Positions 52,307 to 61,408 of a stretch of 64,000 nucleotides of DNA are shown in pieces. The notes under the pieces were generated by a model. It saw only the letters and a program-made list of their open reading frames with translations, had not been told where the DNA came from and made no database searches. The translations under genes were made by a program, and so were the position numbers. The stretch covers positions 4,224,001-4,288,000 of the forward strand of contig JASGJH010000001.1 in assembly GCA_047601445.1 (NCBI GenBank), in the 5' to 3' direction. Positions within the stretch are counted from its first letter, which is position 1, and each line of letters begins with the position of its first letter. This DNA is from Myxococcales bacterium (GTDB taxonomy: Bacteria > Myxococcota_A > Polyangia > Polyangiales > DASUME01).

Positions 52307-54954
52307 CTGATACGAAGTCGACCTTGCCGGCAGGCTCTGCGGACCTGAAACACGACGCGCTTCTCCTCGAGGCCGAGCAAACGGCTCTCCTGGGAAGGCG
52401 CATCAAGCTTGGCTTCATGTGCTTTTCGAGCGGCCTCTTGCTCGCACTCTCCGGGATGATTTTCCTGATCGTCACCCAGATATTCGACTCGCTGACACCC
52501 GCCGTACAGCGCGACCTCGAGTGGAAGGCTTCTCGCGGCGCCCTCGCGCTGAGCCGCGAAATCGAGTACGGCGCCCTCACTGAAGACGCAAAGGCGCTCG
52601 CCTCTCAGGTGGCTCACTACGCCAGTGATCCCGATGTGAACGCCATCGTCGTGGTGAGCGCAACCGGAAAGCCGCTGTACGAGCGCGGCGCGACGCCCCT
52701 CACCCGGGCGGAGTTGTTCCGAGGCAAGCCCGGGGCCATCGAGCAGTCAGGCCATGCCTACTTCTCGCACGGGGATGCCGTGATCGAGGGAGTACTCGTC
52801 GGACGGGTGGCAATCGTCGTCTCGACCGAGCGCCTGCGTGCAGGAGACCGTCTGCGCAACACCGTGCTGCTCTCGGGCGCGACCGGCTGCCTCGTCGCCC
52901 TTGCCCTTGCTCTCGCCTTCGTGAGTCTGTACGTGAGCCCGTTGCTCGAGATTGTCCGCGGTGCCTTCGCCCGGCTCGCCGAGACCACGGCGCAGGCACT
53001 CGAGGCGACCCGGCTCAAGAGCGAGTTTCTGGCGAACATGAGCCACGAGATCCGCACGCCGATGAATGGTGTGCTGGCGATGACCGACATGCTGTTGCGC
53101 ACCCAGCTCGACGCGAGACAGGCCCGCTTTGCGGACGTGGTGCGAGCCTCCGCCCGCAGCCTGCTGACGATCATCAACGACATCCTGGACTTCTCCAAGA
53201 TCGAAGCTGGCAAGTACGAACTCTCACCGAGCGACTTTGACCTACGAATCCAGGTTCAGGAGACGATGGAGCTGTTGGCTCCGCGCGCCCGGGAGAAGCA
53301 GCTCGAGTTTGCCTATCGCATCGCCCCCGACGTTCCGCGTCTGGTGCGGACGGATCCCGACCGCTTCAAACAAGTGCTGACCAACCTGCTCGGCAACGCG
53401 ATCAAGTTCACCGAGAAGGGCGAGATCGTGCTGACAATCAGCGCCGCGCGACAGGAGGGATCCCAGCTCACGCTGCGCTGCTCCGTGCGCGATACAGGCC
53501 CCGGAGTCAGCCCGCAGAACCTCCTGCGCCTGTTCAGCTCCTTCTCCCAAGTCGACGGCTCGAGCACGCGACGCTATGGCGGGACCGGCCTCGGGCTCGT
53601 CATCTCCAGAAAGCTAGCGGAGCTCATGGGTGGCACCGTCACCGTCGACAGCAAGCTGGGTGAGGGAAGCACCTTCGTCTTCAGCGCGCAAGCTGTGGAG
53701 GTCTCGAAGCCAGAGGTCCACCCCGCGAGCGCCCAAGCCGGCAAGCGAGTACTGATCGTGGACGACAGCGCGTTGGTGCGTGGTCTACTCGAAGAGCAGC
53801 TAGTGTACTGGGGGATGCGCTGTGTCAGCGTGGACAGCGCCGCTGACGCCATGCTGTGTATCGAGCGCGCCCTGATGGAAGGTACGCCCTTCGACGCGGT
53901 GCTGCTGGACGCCGAACTGCCAGCACAAGAAGGGCTCGAACTCGCTCGCGCTGTCGTCACGAGCCCAATGACTCTACCGCTCGTCTTGATGACCACGGAG
54001 AGCGATTCGAACCGCCCTCCAGCGCTGCAAAGGCTGCCCACCCTCGCCAAGCCGCTGCGGGAGTCGGACCTTTTCGATCGCCTGATGGACGCGTTTCACC
54101 TCCCCCGCGGCCAGGCGCAGGGCGCGGCGATGCAGGTCGGACAACGCCGCAAACAGCTGTGCGGACGGGTGCTCGCAGTAGATGACAACGAGATCAATCA
54201 GGCCGTGGCGGAGGAGCTGCTTGCCGAACTCGGACTCGAGGCGGACGTAGTGAGCAATGGGCTCGAGGCGTTTCACGCCGTGCAAAAGCACCGCTACGGG
54301 GTCGTCTTGATGGACTGTCAGATGCCCGTCATGGACGGCTATGCCGCTGCACGCGCCATTCGCGGGTGGGAAGCGGAACACCAGGCACCACGAACGCCCA
54401 TCGTTGCACTGACAGCCCACGCTCTGTCGGGAGAGCGCGAGAAGGTGTTGGCGGCCGGCATGGACGATTACCTGACGAAGCCCATCCCGGTGCGCTCGTT
54501 GGAAGCAACGCTGACGCGGTTCTTGTCGGGCGTACCAGCACCGGTCGCACCGCTGAAGGAAGACATCAGCGCACAGGATGAACGGCGTGTGCCGCTCGTT
54601 GCCCGACCTGAGAACGACGCGACCAGTGAGCTGCTGGCGCCGGACGCGCCGCGCTCCACACGCGTCATCGAGCTCTTTCTGACACGCGTTCCAGACCAAA
54701 TTGCGGACCTCTCGCATGCCGTCGCGAGCACCGACGCGGGACGGGTCCGGTCGGTCGCCCACAAGCTCAAGGGCAGCTGCACGAGCGTGGGCGCCGCGCC
54801 CATGGCGATGCTGTGCGAGCAGATGGATCACGACGCATCGTCAGGCGATCTGAGTCGCGCGAGTGAGCGCGCAAGCAAGCTCACGACCTTGTTCTCCGAG
54901 ACGGCCCGTCTACTCGAGCAGGAGATGCAGCGGAGTAAAAGCGCGTCTGCCTGA
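52303..54954 (+). CDS. Membrane hybrid histidine kinase (periplasmic sensor-HisKA-HATPase-REC-REC-HPt), copy 2
   Basis: GTGA overlap with RR; FLANMSHEIRTPMNG, NAIKFT, GGTGLGL, MDCQMP, AHKLKGSCTSVG. Confidence 0.95.
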   Translation: MTDTKSTLPAGSADLKHDALLLEAEQTALLGRRIKLGFMCFSSGLLLALSGMIFLIVTQIFDSLTPAVQRDLEWKASRGALALSREIEYGALTEDAKALASQVAHYASDPDVNAIVVVSATGKPLYERGATPLTRAELFRGKPGAIEQSGHAYFSHGDAVIEGVLVGRVAIVVSTERLRAGDRLRNTVLLSGATGCLVALALALAFVSLYVSPLLEIVRGAFARLAETTAQALEATRLKSEFLANMSHEIRTPMNGVLAMTDMLLRTQLDARQARFADVVRASARSLLTIINDILDFSKIEAGKYELSPSDFDLRIQVQETMELLAPRAREKQLEFAYRIAPDVPRLVRTDPDRFKQVLTNLLGNAIKFTEKGEIVLTISAARQEGSQLTLRCSVRDTGPGVSPQNLLRLFSSFSQVDGSSTRRYGGTGLGLVISRKLAELMGGTVTVDSKLGEGSTFVFSAQAVEVSKPEVHPASAQAGKRVLIVDDSALVRGLLEEQLVYWGMRCVSVDSAADAMLCIERALMEGTPFDAVLLDAELPAQEGLELARAVVTSPMTLPLVLMTTESDSNRPPALQRLPTLAKPLRESDLFDRLMDAFHLPRGQAQGAAMQVGQRRKQLCGRVLAVDDNEINQAVAEELLAELGLEADVVSNGLEAFHAVQKHRYGVVLMDCQMPVMDGYAAARAIRGWEAEHQAPRTPIVALTAHALSGEREKVLAAGMDDYLTKPIPVRSLEATLTRFLSGVPAPVAPLKEDISAQDERRVPLVARPENDATSELLAPDAPRSTRVIELFLTRVPDQIADLSHAVASTDAGRVRSVAHKLKGSCTSVGAAPMAMLCEQMDHDASSGDLSRASERASKLTTLFSETARLLEQEMQRSKSASA

Positions 54955-55034
54955 TGAAGGCTCGCGAAGGGTACTTGGACGAAAGTTTTGCTCAGGTCAC
55001 GGATACCTGAGCTGAAGTGGGGAGGGACAACGTG

Positions 55035-55460
55035 ATGATGTGGTGGGCGCGACCCCTGGCTGGGGTCGTTTGGGTTGGGTGCGCTTGCGCGTGCCTCTAC
55101 GACGCAGACAACCGTTGCGGATCGCACCAGGTGTTGATCGACGACAGTTGCGTGTGTGAAACCGGCTACGCGCTGGAGGGCAACGCCTGCGAGATGCAGC
55201 CTCGAGCGGGCGTCGGAAACGACGCGGGAACAGGGGGCGACGATATAGCGTCGCGCTATACGGGCCAGAAGGAGCCCTGCGCTGCCGACGCTGACTGTGC
55301 AGACTTCGACGCCACCTTCTGCGACACGCGGAACAACTACTGTGTGGTGCCAGACTGCATGGACGGGAGCTGCGACCAGGGCTGGACGTGCACGGACCTG
55401 TCCGAGTTCATGCCGGGCTTGCCCAAGGTTTGCACCTTCGACGCGGACCGGCCGTCATGA
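55035..55460 (+). CDS. Small Cys-rich (EGF-like) putative lipoprotein
   Basis: ACACLYD lipobox-like; CVCETGYALEGNAC; many Cys; ATGA overlap with next gene. Confidence 0.72.
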   Translation: MMWWARPLAGVVWVGCACACLYDADNRCGSHQVLIDDSCVCETGYALEGNACEMQPRAGVGNDAGTGGDDIASRYTGQKEPCAADADCADFDATFCDTRNNYCVVPDCMDGSCDQGWTCTDLSEFMPGLPKVCTFDADRPS

Positions 55461-56809
55461 CGCGGAATCCGCGCACATGGACGACTGTTCGGCGAGTCGG
55501 ATGCGCTCTCATGTGCCTCGGGTTGGCGGCGGCCGAAGCGCCAGCGTCGGCACAGGACGTTCGAGCGTCGCAAGCACCGGAGCCCCCGCCTGCAGGGGTG
55601 ACCAGCGAGGACCAAGCAGCGCTCGACACGCTGCTCGACGACGACTCGAGCGCTGAGAGTGAGCGTCCGAACCTTTCGCTCTACGGCTTCGCGGACGCCT
55701 CGGTCGAACGGATGTACTCGACCGGCAAGGGACCGAGCCTCGCAGAGTCGCCCGTCTTCACTGTGGGCAACGTCAACGTGTACCTGGCCAGCAACCTCAC
55801 GCACGGTTTCTCGAGCCTGATCGAGGTTCGCTTCTCGTACTTGCCCAACGGGACGGCCGGAGCGTCTGGCAGCTACGAGACGACCAGCGCTGCGGACTCG
55901 GCCAACTTCGGGCGCACGGAGCAGTGGGGAGGCATCGTCTTGCAGCGCGTGCACCTCGACTACAGCTTTCGCGGTTGGCTCAACGTGCGCGTCGGTCAGT
56001 TCCTGACGCCTTATGGGATTTGGAACGTGGACCACGGCAGCCCCACCATCATCGGCACCAACAAGCCCTACGTGGTCGGCGATGGCCTCTTCCCGCAACG
56101 TCAAACGGGCCTGGAGGTGTTTGGCTCCCGGCTATTCGGCGCTACGACCCTGGGCTATCACGTCACGGTCTCCAACGGCCGCAGCGACGTCCTGAACTCC
56201 GATTTCGACAAGAACAAAGCCTTGGGTGGGCGCCTGTTCTTGGCGAGCGATGCGATCGGCGCGTTCAAGCTTGGTGTCTCGGCATATGGGGGTCGCGCCA
56301 CCATGCAGCCCTACTCAGGGCTCGACACCACGTCGACACCTCCCTTGCCGGCCAAGCTCTCGGACAATCAGTACGACGAGCTAGCATTGGCAGGAGACCT
56401 TCAGTGGGATCTCGGGAACCTGCATCTGCAGGGGGAAGGCATCCTGCGTCAGGTTCGCTATCTCGAGGCAGGCCGCAAGACACAGACGGACTTCACCGGG
56501 GCACTCACGGGTCTCGTGCCCGACAACCTGCGCTGGGGTTGGTACGGCCTCGCGGGATATCGTCTACCGTGGCTCGCCGCGATGCCCTTCGTCTTGGTGG
56601 AGCAAAATTGCGGAATCGCCGGCAGCAGTCCGACTGGCGCGTTCTTCGATCCTGCAGGCCGCATTCTCACGCTCACGGGCGGACTCAACGTGCGGCCGGT
56701 ACCGAGCGTGGTGTTGAAAGTGCAAGCGACCTGGATCAAGCCCCCGGCCGACGGGCCAGGGGCCGGCTCCCTAACGGCCGTTTCCGGCCAGGCAGCGTGG
56801 GCATTCTAA
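55457..56809 (+). CDS. Outer-membrane beta-barrel (porin-like), copy 2
   Basis: Signal peptide; LYGFAD, EVRFSYLPNG, GQFLTPYGIWNVDHGSP, NKALGGRL; terminal AWAF. Confidence 0.8.
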   Translation: MTRNPRTWTTVRRVGCALMCLGLAAAEAPASAQDVRASQAPEPPPAGVTSEDQAALDTLLDDDSSAESERPNLSLYGFADASVERMYSTGKGPSLAESPVFTVGNVNVYLASNLTHGFSSLIEVRFSYLPNGTAGASGSYETTSAADSANFGRTEQWGGIVLQRVHLDYSFRGWLNVRVGQFLTPYGIWNVDHGSPTIIGTNKPYVVGDGLFPQRQTGLEVFGSRLFGATTLGYHVTVSNGRSDVLNSDFDKNKALGGRLFLASDAIGAFKLGVSAYGGRATMQPYSGLDTTSTPPLPAKLSDNQYDELALAGDLQWDLGNLHLQGEGILRQVRYLEAGRKTQTDFTGALTGLVPDNLRWGWYGLAGYRLPWLAAMPFVLVEQNCGIAGSSPTGAFFDPAGRILTLTGGLNVRPVPSVVLKVQATWIKPPADGPGAGSLTAVSGQAAWAF

Positions 56810-57324
56810 TGCGATTTTTTTTCCACATCCTCAAGGCAACCATGCTCGGCCTCGTGGTCATCACGCTGGTGACCGATGGCTCCCTCGCGCTCGCATCGGC
56901 CCAGCCGACAGTGAGTGGACCGACGCCCCTGGTCGTGATCGTATCCGCTCGTTCGGGCATCCACGATCTACCTAAAGCTCTGCTGAAGCGCATTTTCCTG
57001 GGCGAAGCCTCCGAGTACCAAGGCACACGCTTCGTTCCTCTCAACTACGTCGTGAGTGACCCGGTCCGTCGCGCATTCGACGAGATGCTGCTGGGTTTTG
57101 CCGGCGATGCGGCTGGTCGGTACTGGGTCGACCGCCGCATACGCGGACAGGGGCTCCCCCCACGGATCGCCCCGTCGAGTGCCGTCGTGCGCGTCGCCGT
57201 GGCCAAGCTCCCCGGAGCCATCGGCTACGTGCGTCCCGCGGACCTGGATGCGTCCGTGCGCGCGGTGACCGTGGATGGCTTGCCATACACGGCGGCAGAC
57301 TACGCGCTGCGGGCCTCGCGCTAG
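56809..57324 (+). CDS. Small periplasmic-binding-protein-like protein, copy 2
   Basis: TAATG coupling; signal peptide; LVVIV, LLKRIFLG, YWVDRRIRG, PPR, VAKLPGAIGYV. Confidence 0.8.
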   Translation: MRFFFHILKATMLGLVVITLVTDGSLALASAQPTVSGPTPLVVIVSARSGIHDLPKALLKRIFLGEASEYQGTRFVPLNYVVSDPVRRAFDEMLLGFAGDAAGRYWVDRRIRGQGLPPRIAPSSAVVRVAVAKLPGAIGYVRPADLDASVRAVTVDGLPYTAADYALRASR

Positions 57325-57373
57325 GCAAACCGCGCGGTCAAGGCTGTCAACGAAAGAAGGTCGGGCGGACACG

Positions 57374-58538
57374 ATGGCGGACGCTCAACGCGAGCACACA
57401 TCGCTACTATTCAGCTGGCTACCTCGCGCGCTCACGAAGCCTCAGGAGCCGCCGACCTTACGGAACCCGCTGCTGGAGAGTCGTATGTTCGTGTCGACGC
57501 TGGTCGTGAAGGGGATCGCGACCGAACTTCAACGGCATGGTCACGACACCTCGGCCTGGCTGCGTCGTGCAAAGCTCGAGCCCCCTGACTCGCCTGGCGC
57601 GCCGACCCATATAGACGTCCGCGCGTGCGCCGACCTCGCCGAGGAGGCCGCGCGTGCTCTCGATGATCCCGCTCTCGGTCTGACCATCGCGTCGCGAGAG
57701 CACGCGTTCACCTTTCATTTGCTCGGCTACATGCTGCTGTCGTCTCGCAATCTTCTCGAGGCATTCAGGCTGTGCCAGAAATACTCCTGCCTCGTCATGG
57801 ACAATCTGCGGTTCGAGGTGGTGGATCTCGGTGCGCGCACTCATCTTCGTTTCGAGGTGCTCGCGGCCGGCGACTCCGCGTTCGCTCATTTTTGCGAAGA
57901 TCTCACGGTCGCGCTCGTCTATCGCTTGATCATGCACCAGGTCCCAGGCGCACCAGCGCCAGAGGTATGGTTGAGCCGCCCACGGCCCGATCGAACTGCG
58001 CGCTATCACGAGCTCTTCTCGGGCCGGGTGCGCTTCGGAGCAAGTCGCTGCGAGGTCCTCGTCGCGCGGGACCTTCTGGAAATCCGGCAGTCCCACGGTG
58101 ACCCGCACGTTCTCGAGTGGCTGAAGAAAGCTGCCGACGCGGCTCTTCTACGGGACCGTTCGGCCGTGTCCACCATGACCGAGCGGGTGCGAATGGTGCT
58201 TGCGAAGGAACCTGACGGCCGCACGCCGCTTGCCCACGAGAATCGCTGCCCAGCTGGGTGTCGGCGCGCGCGGGCTCCGGAGGCACCTTCGCGACGAAGG
58301 GAGCAGCGTTCGAGCTCTTCTCGATGAACATCGCATGCGAGCCGCCCGCGCCATCCTTGCGATGCCCAATACGACCGTGAAGGAGACCGCCGAGCGCCTC
58401 GGCTACTCGGAGCCGAGCGCCTTCCACCGTGCATTCAAGCGGTGGACCGGCTCGACCCCCCACGACTTCTTGATTGCGCAGCGCGGGCATGGCGCCCCCC
58501 GTCCCCTGGAGCCCGGGCGTCCGAGCCCACTGCTCTAG
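57374..58538 (+). pseudogene. AraC-family regulator (VirS/OruR-like), split by a +1 frameshift before the HTH
   Basis: N-domain (DPALGL, YHELFSGRVRFG) in ORF 57275-58327; HTH (IAAQLG..LRRHL..LGYSEPSAFHRAFKRWTG) in +1 ORF 58200-58538. Confidence 0.85.
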
Positions 58539-58673
58539 GCCAGGCGGCATCTCGCGAAGGAACACTGTTCAGGCGCCTGTCACGAGTCCGTGCGCCCAGT
58601 GTCATTCCATCAAACGAGAGTAGCGGGCAATGTCCCCGTACCTGCTCCGGCACCACGCTCCAAGGAGTCTCGG

Positions 58674-60245
58674 ATGCATAGCCACGTGCGTTGGGCGCCT
58701 CCGGTTGCGCTCTCTCTCTCCGTTCTGATCACCCAAGCTTCCCTTTCAAGCTGCGTGGATGACAAGCTTCCCCCGTCCAGCTGCGGCAGCTCCACAGCAT
58801 GTGCCGCCACCGAGCAGTCCTCAAAGAAGCTGCCCTGCGACGTCCAGACATTGCTGACCGATCGCTGCGGCGAGTGCCATGGCACCCGCAACGAGCATCC
58901 CGCTCCCATGAAGCTGGTGAGCTGGGATGACCTGCATGCGGACGCGCCGACCCTCGACGCAAAAGTCTACGATGCTGTGCTCACGCGCGTGACCAGTAAG
59001 CAGAAGCCGATGCCACCCATGCCCTACGAGGCGCTCACTGAAAGCGAGGTCGCCACTCTGAAGCAGTGGGTAGAAGAGGGGGCGCCTGCGCGCAAATCCG
59101 GCCTATCTTGCACGGGCGACGATGACGATCGAAATCATGGAGATGGAGATGGTGACGGCGACGATGTGGATGCTACCGGCGATGGTGATGTCAGCCCTGG
59201 CGACGGCGGCACTGATCCTGGCGACCATCCCCCTCCAAGCTACGAGGCCACGGATCGGAGTGGTGGGCCGGACGACTGCGATACCTACTACGAGCTACGC
59301 GCGCACGGGAAGCAGGTGGACTACGACAACACGCCGTTCAAGGTGAACGCCAACCTGGGCAACGACGGAAATCAATATCACTGCTTCTACTTCAAGGCCC
59401 CCTACAGCCAGGGCGACGATGGTCTTTGGTTCAAACCATTGATCGACAAGAGCAAGATTCTCCACCATTGGCTCCTGTATGGAACCGATTCGCTGCCATA
59501 TCCATCTGGCTCTTCCGCGCCCTGCAGCGCGGCAGAGCCGGGTGCCTACCTGCTGGCCGGCTGGGCGCCGGGGGCTGCTGAAACGACCATGCCGGAGGGC
59601 GTCGGCATGCAGATGCCGGGCGGCATCGGCGGGTTGATCCTCGAAGTCCACTACTACAATCCTGGTGCGGAATCCTTCGAGGACCGCAGCGGCGTAAAGT
59701 TCTGCACTGCCCCCGAGAAAGCACGCGAGCACGAGGCAGCCGTTCACTTCACGGGGGGTGAAGGCATCTGTTTGCCGCCGCAAACGACCCACGACGTGGT
59801 CGGAATTTGCGAGCCTCCCGACAACGTCGGCGACATTCACATCATCAACATCTGGCCGCACATGCACAAGCTTGGGATTCGCATGGAGGTGAACCTGTAC
59901 CGCGCAAACGGTGCGAAGGAAGTCTTGCACGACAAGCCGTTCAACTTCGACAACCAGATCGGCTATCCGAAGGATGTCGTCCTCAAGCCCGGGGATCGAC
60001 TCGAGACCATCTGCCACTATGAGAACACCACGGACCGCTACGTCCCGTTCGGCGAAAAGACACAAACCGAGATGTGCTACGGGTTTATCACCGCGTGGCC
60101 TGCTGCGGCGCTCACGACGGACCCGCTGACGTACAACCCCATTGATGTCATCGGCACGGGTATCCAGCCGGCCAGGCGTTGCCTCGACCCCGATGGGATC
60201 TTCGGGAGCTGCAACGGGCTCGCGGACTATCCTTTGCCACGCTGA
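58674..60245 (+). CDS. Lipoprotein: c-type cytochrome domain fused to a copper type II (DBH/PHM-like) monooxygenase
   Basis: AAGGAG RBS; LSSC lipobox; CGECH (58866-58880) + MPP; ILHHWLL, LEVHY, PHMH, EMC. Confidence 0.85.
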   Translation: MHSHVRWAPPVALSLSVLITQASLSSCVDDKLPPSSCGSSTACAATEQSSKKLPCDVQTLLTDRCGECHGTRNEHPAPMKLVSWDDLHADAPTLDAKVYDAVLTRVTSKQKPMPPMPYEALTESEVATLKQWVEEGAPARKSGLSCTGDDDDRNHGDGDGDGDDVDATGDGDVSPGDGGTDPGDHPPPSYEATDRSGGPDDCDTYYELRAHGKQVDYDNTPFKVNANLGNDGNQYHCFYFKAPYSQGDDGLWFKPLIDKSKILHHWLLYGTDSLPYPSGSSAPCSAAEPGAYLLAGWAPGAAETTMPEGVGMQMPGGIGGLILEVHYYNPGAESFEDRSGVKFCTAPEKAREHEAAVHFTGGEGICLPPQTTHDVVGICEPPDNVGDIHIINIWPHMHKLGIRMEVNLYRANGAKEVLHDKPFNFDNQIGYPKDVVLKPGDRLETICHYENTTDRYVPFGEKTQTEMCYGFITAWPAAALTTDPLTYNPIDVIGTGIQPARRCLDPDGIFGSCNGLADYPLPR

Positions 60246-60300
60246 AACCGGTCGGCGTGGCGCCGAGTGTATATCCGGCGTGGCGTCAGGTTGGGACCCG

Positions 60301-61185
60301 TCAAAGATCCGCCTGGCGGAAGTCGCTCGCGCCCGTCGGCTTCACGCTGAGGAACGGCTTGTACCGCGAATCACCCACCAGGTAGACCTCTAGCCACGAC
60401 AGACCGAAGCGCCCGATGGCACCACTTTCGTTGGCGGGATCGTTTCCGACCCAGTGATCGCCATTTTCCACCTGATAGATGAGGCGAGGATTGGTTTCCA
60501 TGCTGTCGTACATCGGCTGCGACTGCCCCCCTGCCAGATTGTCGATGGGAGCGTTTCCCCCGGCGATGAGCATGCATGGGACTTTCATCGCTGGAAACGT
60601 GAAGGTCCCCCAGGAAGCAAGACCGACGGCTGCCTTGAGCTCGGGATGTTCGCTGGCTGCAAGCAGCGCTCCACCTCCACCCATCGACCAGCCCATCACG
60701 CCGAGGCGTTCAAGATCCAACTTGCCCTGGAGAGGACTCTGGTCGCGGGTTTGCTCCGCCCTGACGGTTTCCAGCGCATCGAGCAGCGCCTCCTTCCGTT
60801 CGTCGGGGAAGTCCGTCGTAGGGTTGTTGGTGCCGATCGTGATGGCCACGATCCCATGGGAGGCTAGAAAAGGGCCCCAGTCAGCGATGTCGCCTTCGCT
60901 CGACGCAAAACCGGGAACGATCGCCACCGCGGCAAAAGGCGGCGTGCCGTCTTCCGGATACCACATGGTCTGCGACCCGTAGTCGGGGCCATCGCGCAGC
61001 CCCTCCGCCTGGCCGTAGCTCCTCACGGCGAGCATCCCCATCCTGCTCGCCGAAATCGCGGTTGGTCCCTCTTCCGTCGATGCGTCCACAACCTCATGTC
61101 CCATCGCCGGCAGACTGCCGGGCGGATCACTGCCGCAAGCAAGGAGAAGTAGTGAAGTGAGAGAGGGCAATGGTGCTGGTCGCAA
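60301..61185 (-). CDS. PETase/cutinase-like polyester hydrolase lipoprotein
   Basis: LLAC lipobox; AIVPGF, WGPFLASHG, GVMGWSMGGGG, LKAAVGLASW, NGDH, WLEVYLVGDSRYKPFL. Confidence 0.85.
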   Translation of the reverse strand: MRPAPLPSLTSLLLLACGSDPPGSLPAMGHEVVDASTEEGPTAISASRMGMLAVRSYGQAEGLRDGPDYGSQTMWYPEDGTPPFAAVAIVPGFASSEGDIADWGPFLASHGIVAITIGTNNPTTDFPDERKEALLDALETVRAEQTRDQSPLQGKLDLERLGVMGWSMGGGGALLAASEHPELKAAVGLASWGTFTFPAMKVPCMLIAGGNAPIDNLAGGQSQPMYDSMETNPRLIYQVENGDHWVGNDPANESGAIGRFGLSWLEVYLVGDSRYKPFLSVKPTGASDFRQADL

Positions 61186-61408
61186 GCTTCACAGCTCCTG
61201 AGCGTTTGGTGAACTGGACGGAAACGCATGGTCGATGATGACGGGCGCCGCGGCGCTCGAGTCCGAAGCATCATCATCAGGATGGATATCCGATCGAACG
61301 CGGGGCAAGCAATGACATCAGGTCGTTGCAGGATTGACTAGATGGAGGCTCCTTTCGCGGCAGCGAAACGACACTTACCTGGTACACGAACCGAGTCGCG
61401 TTGGCCGC

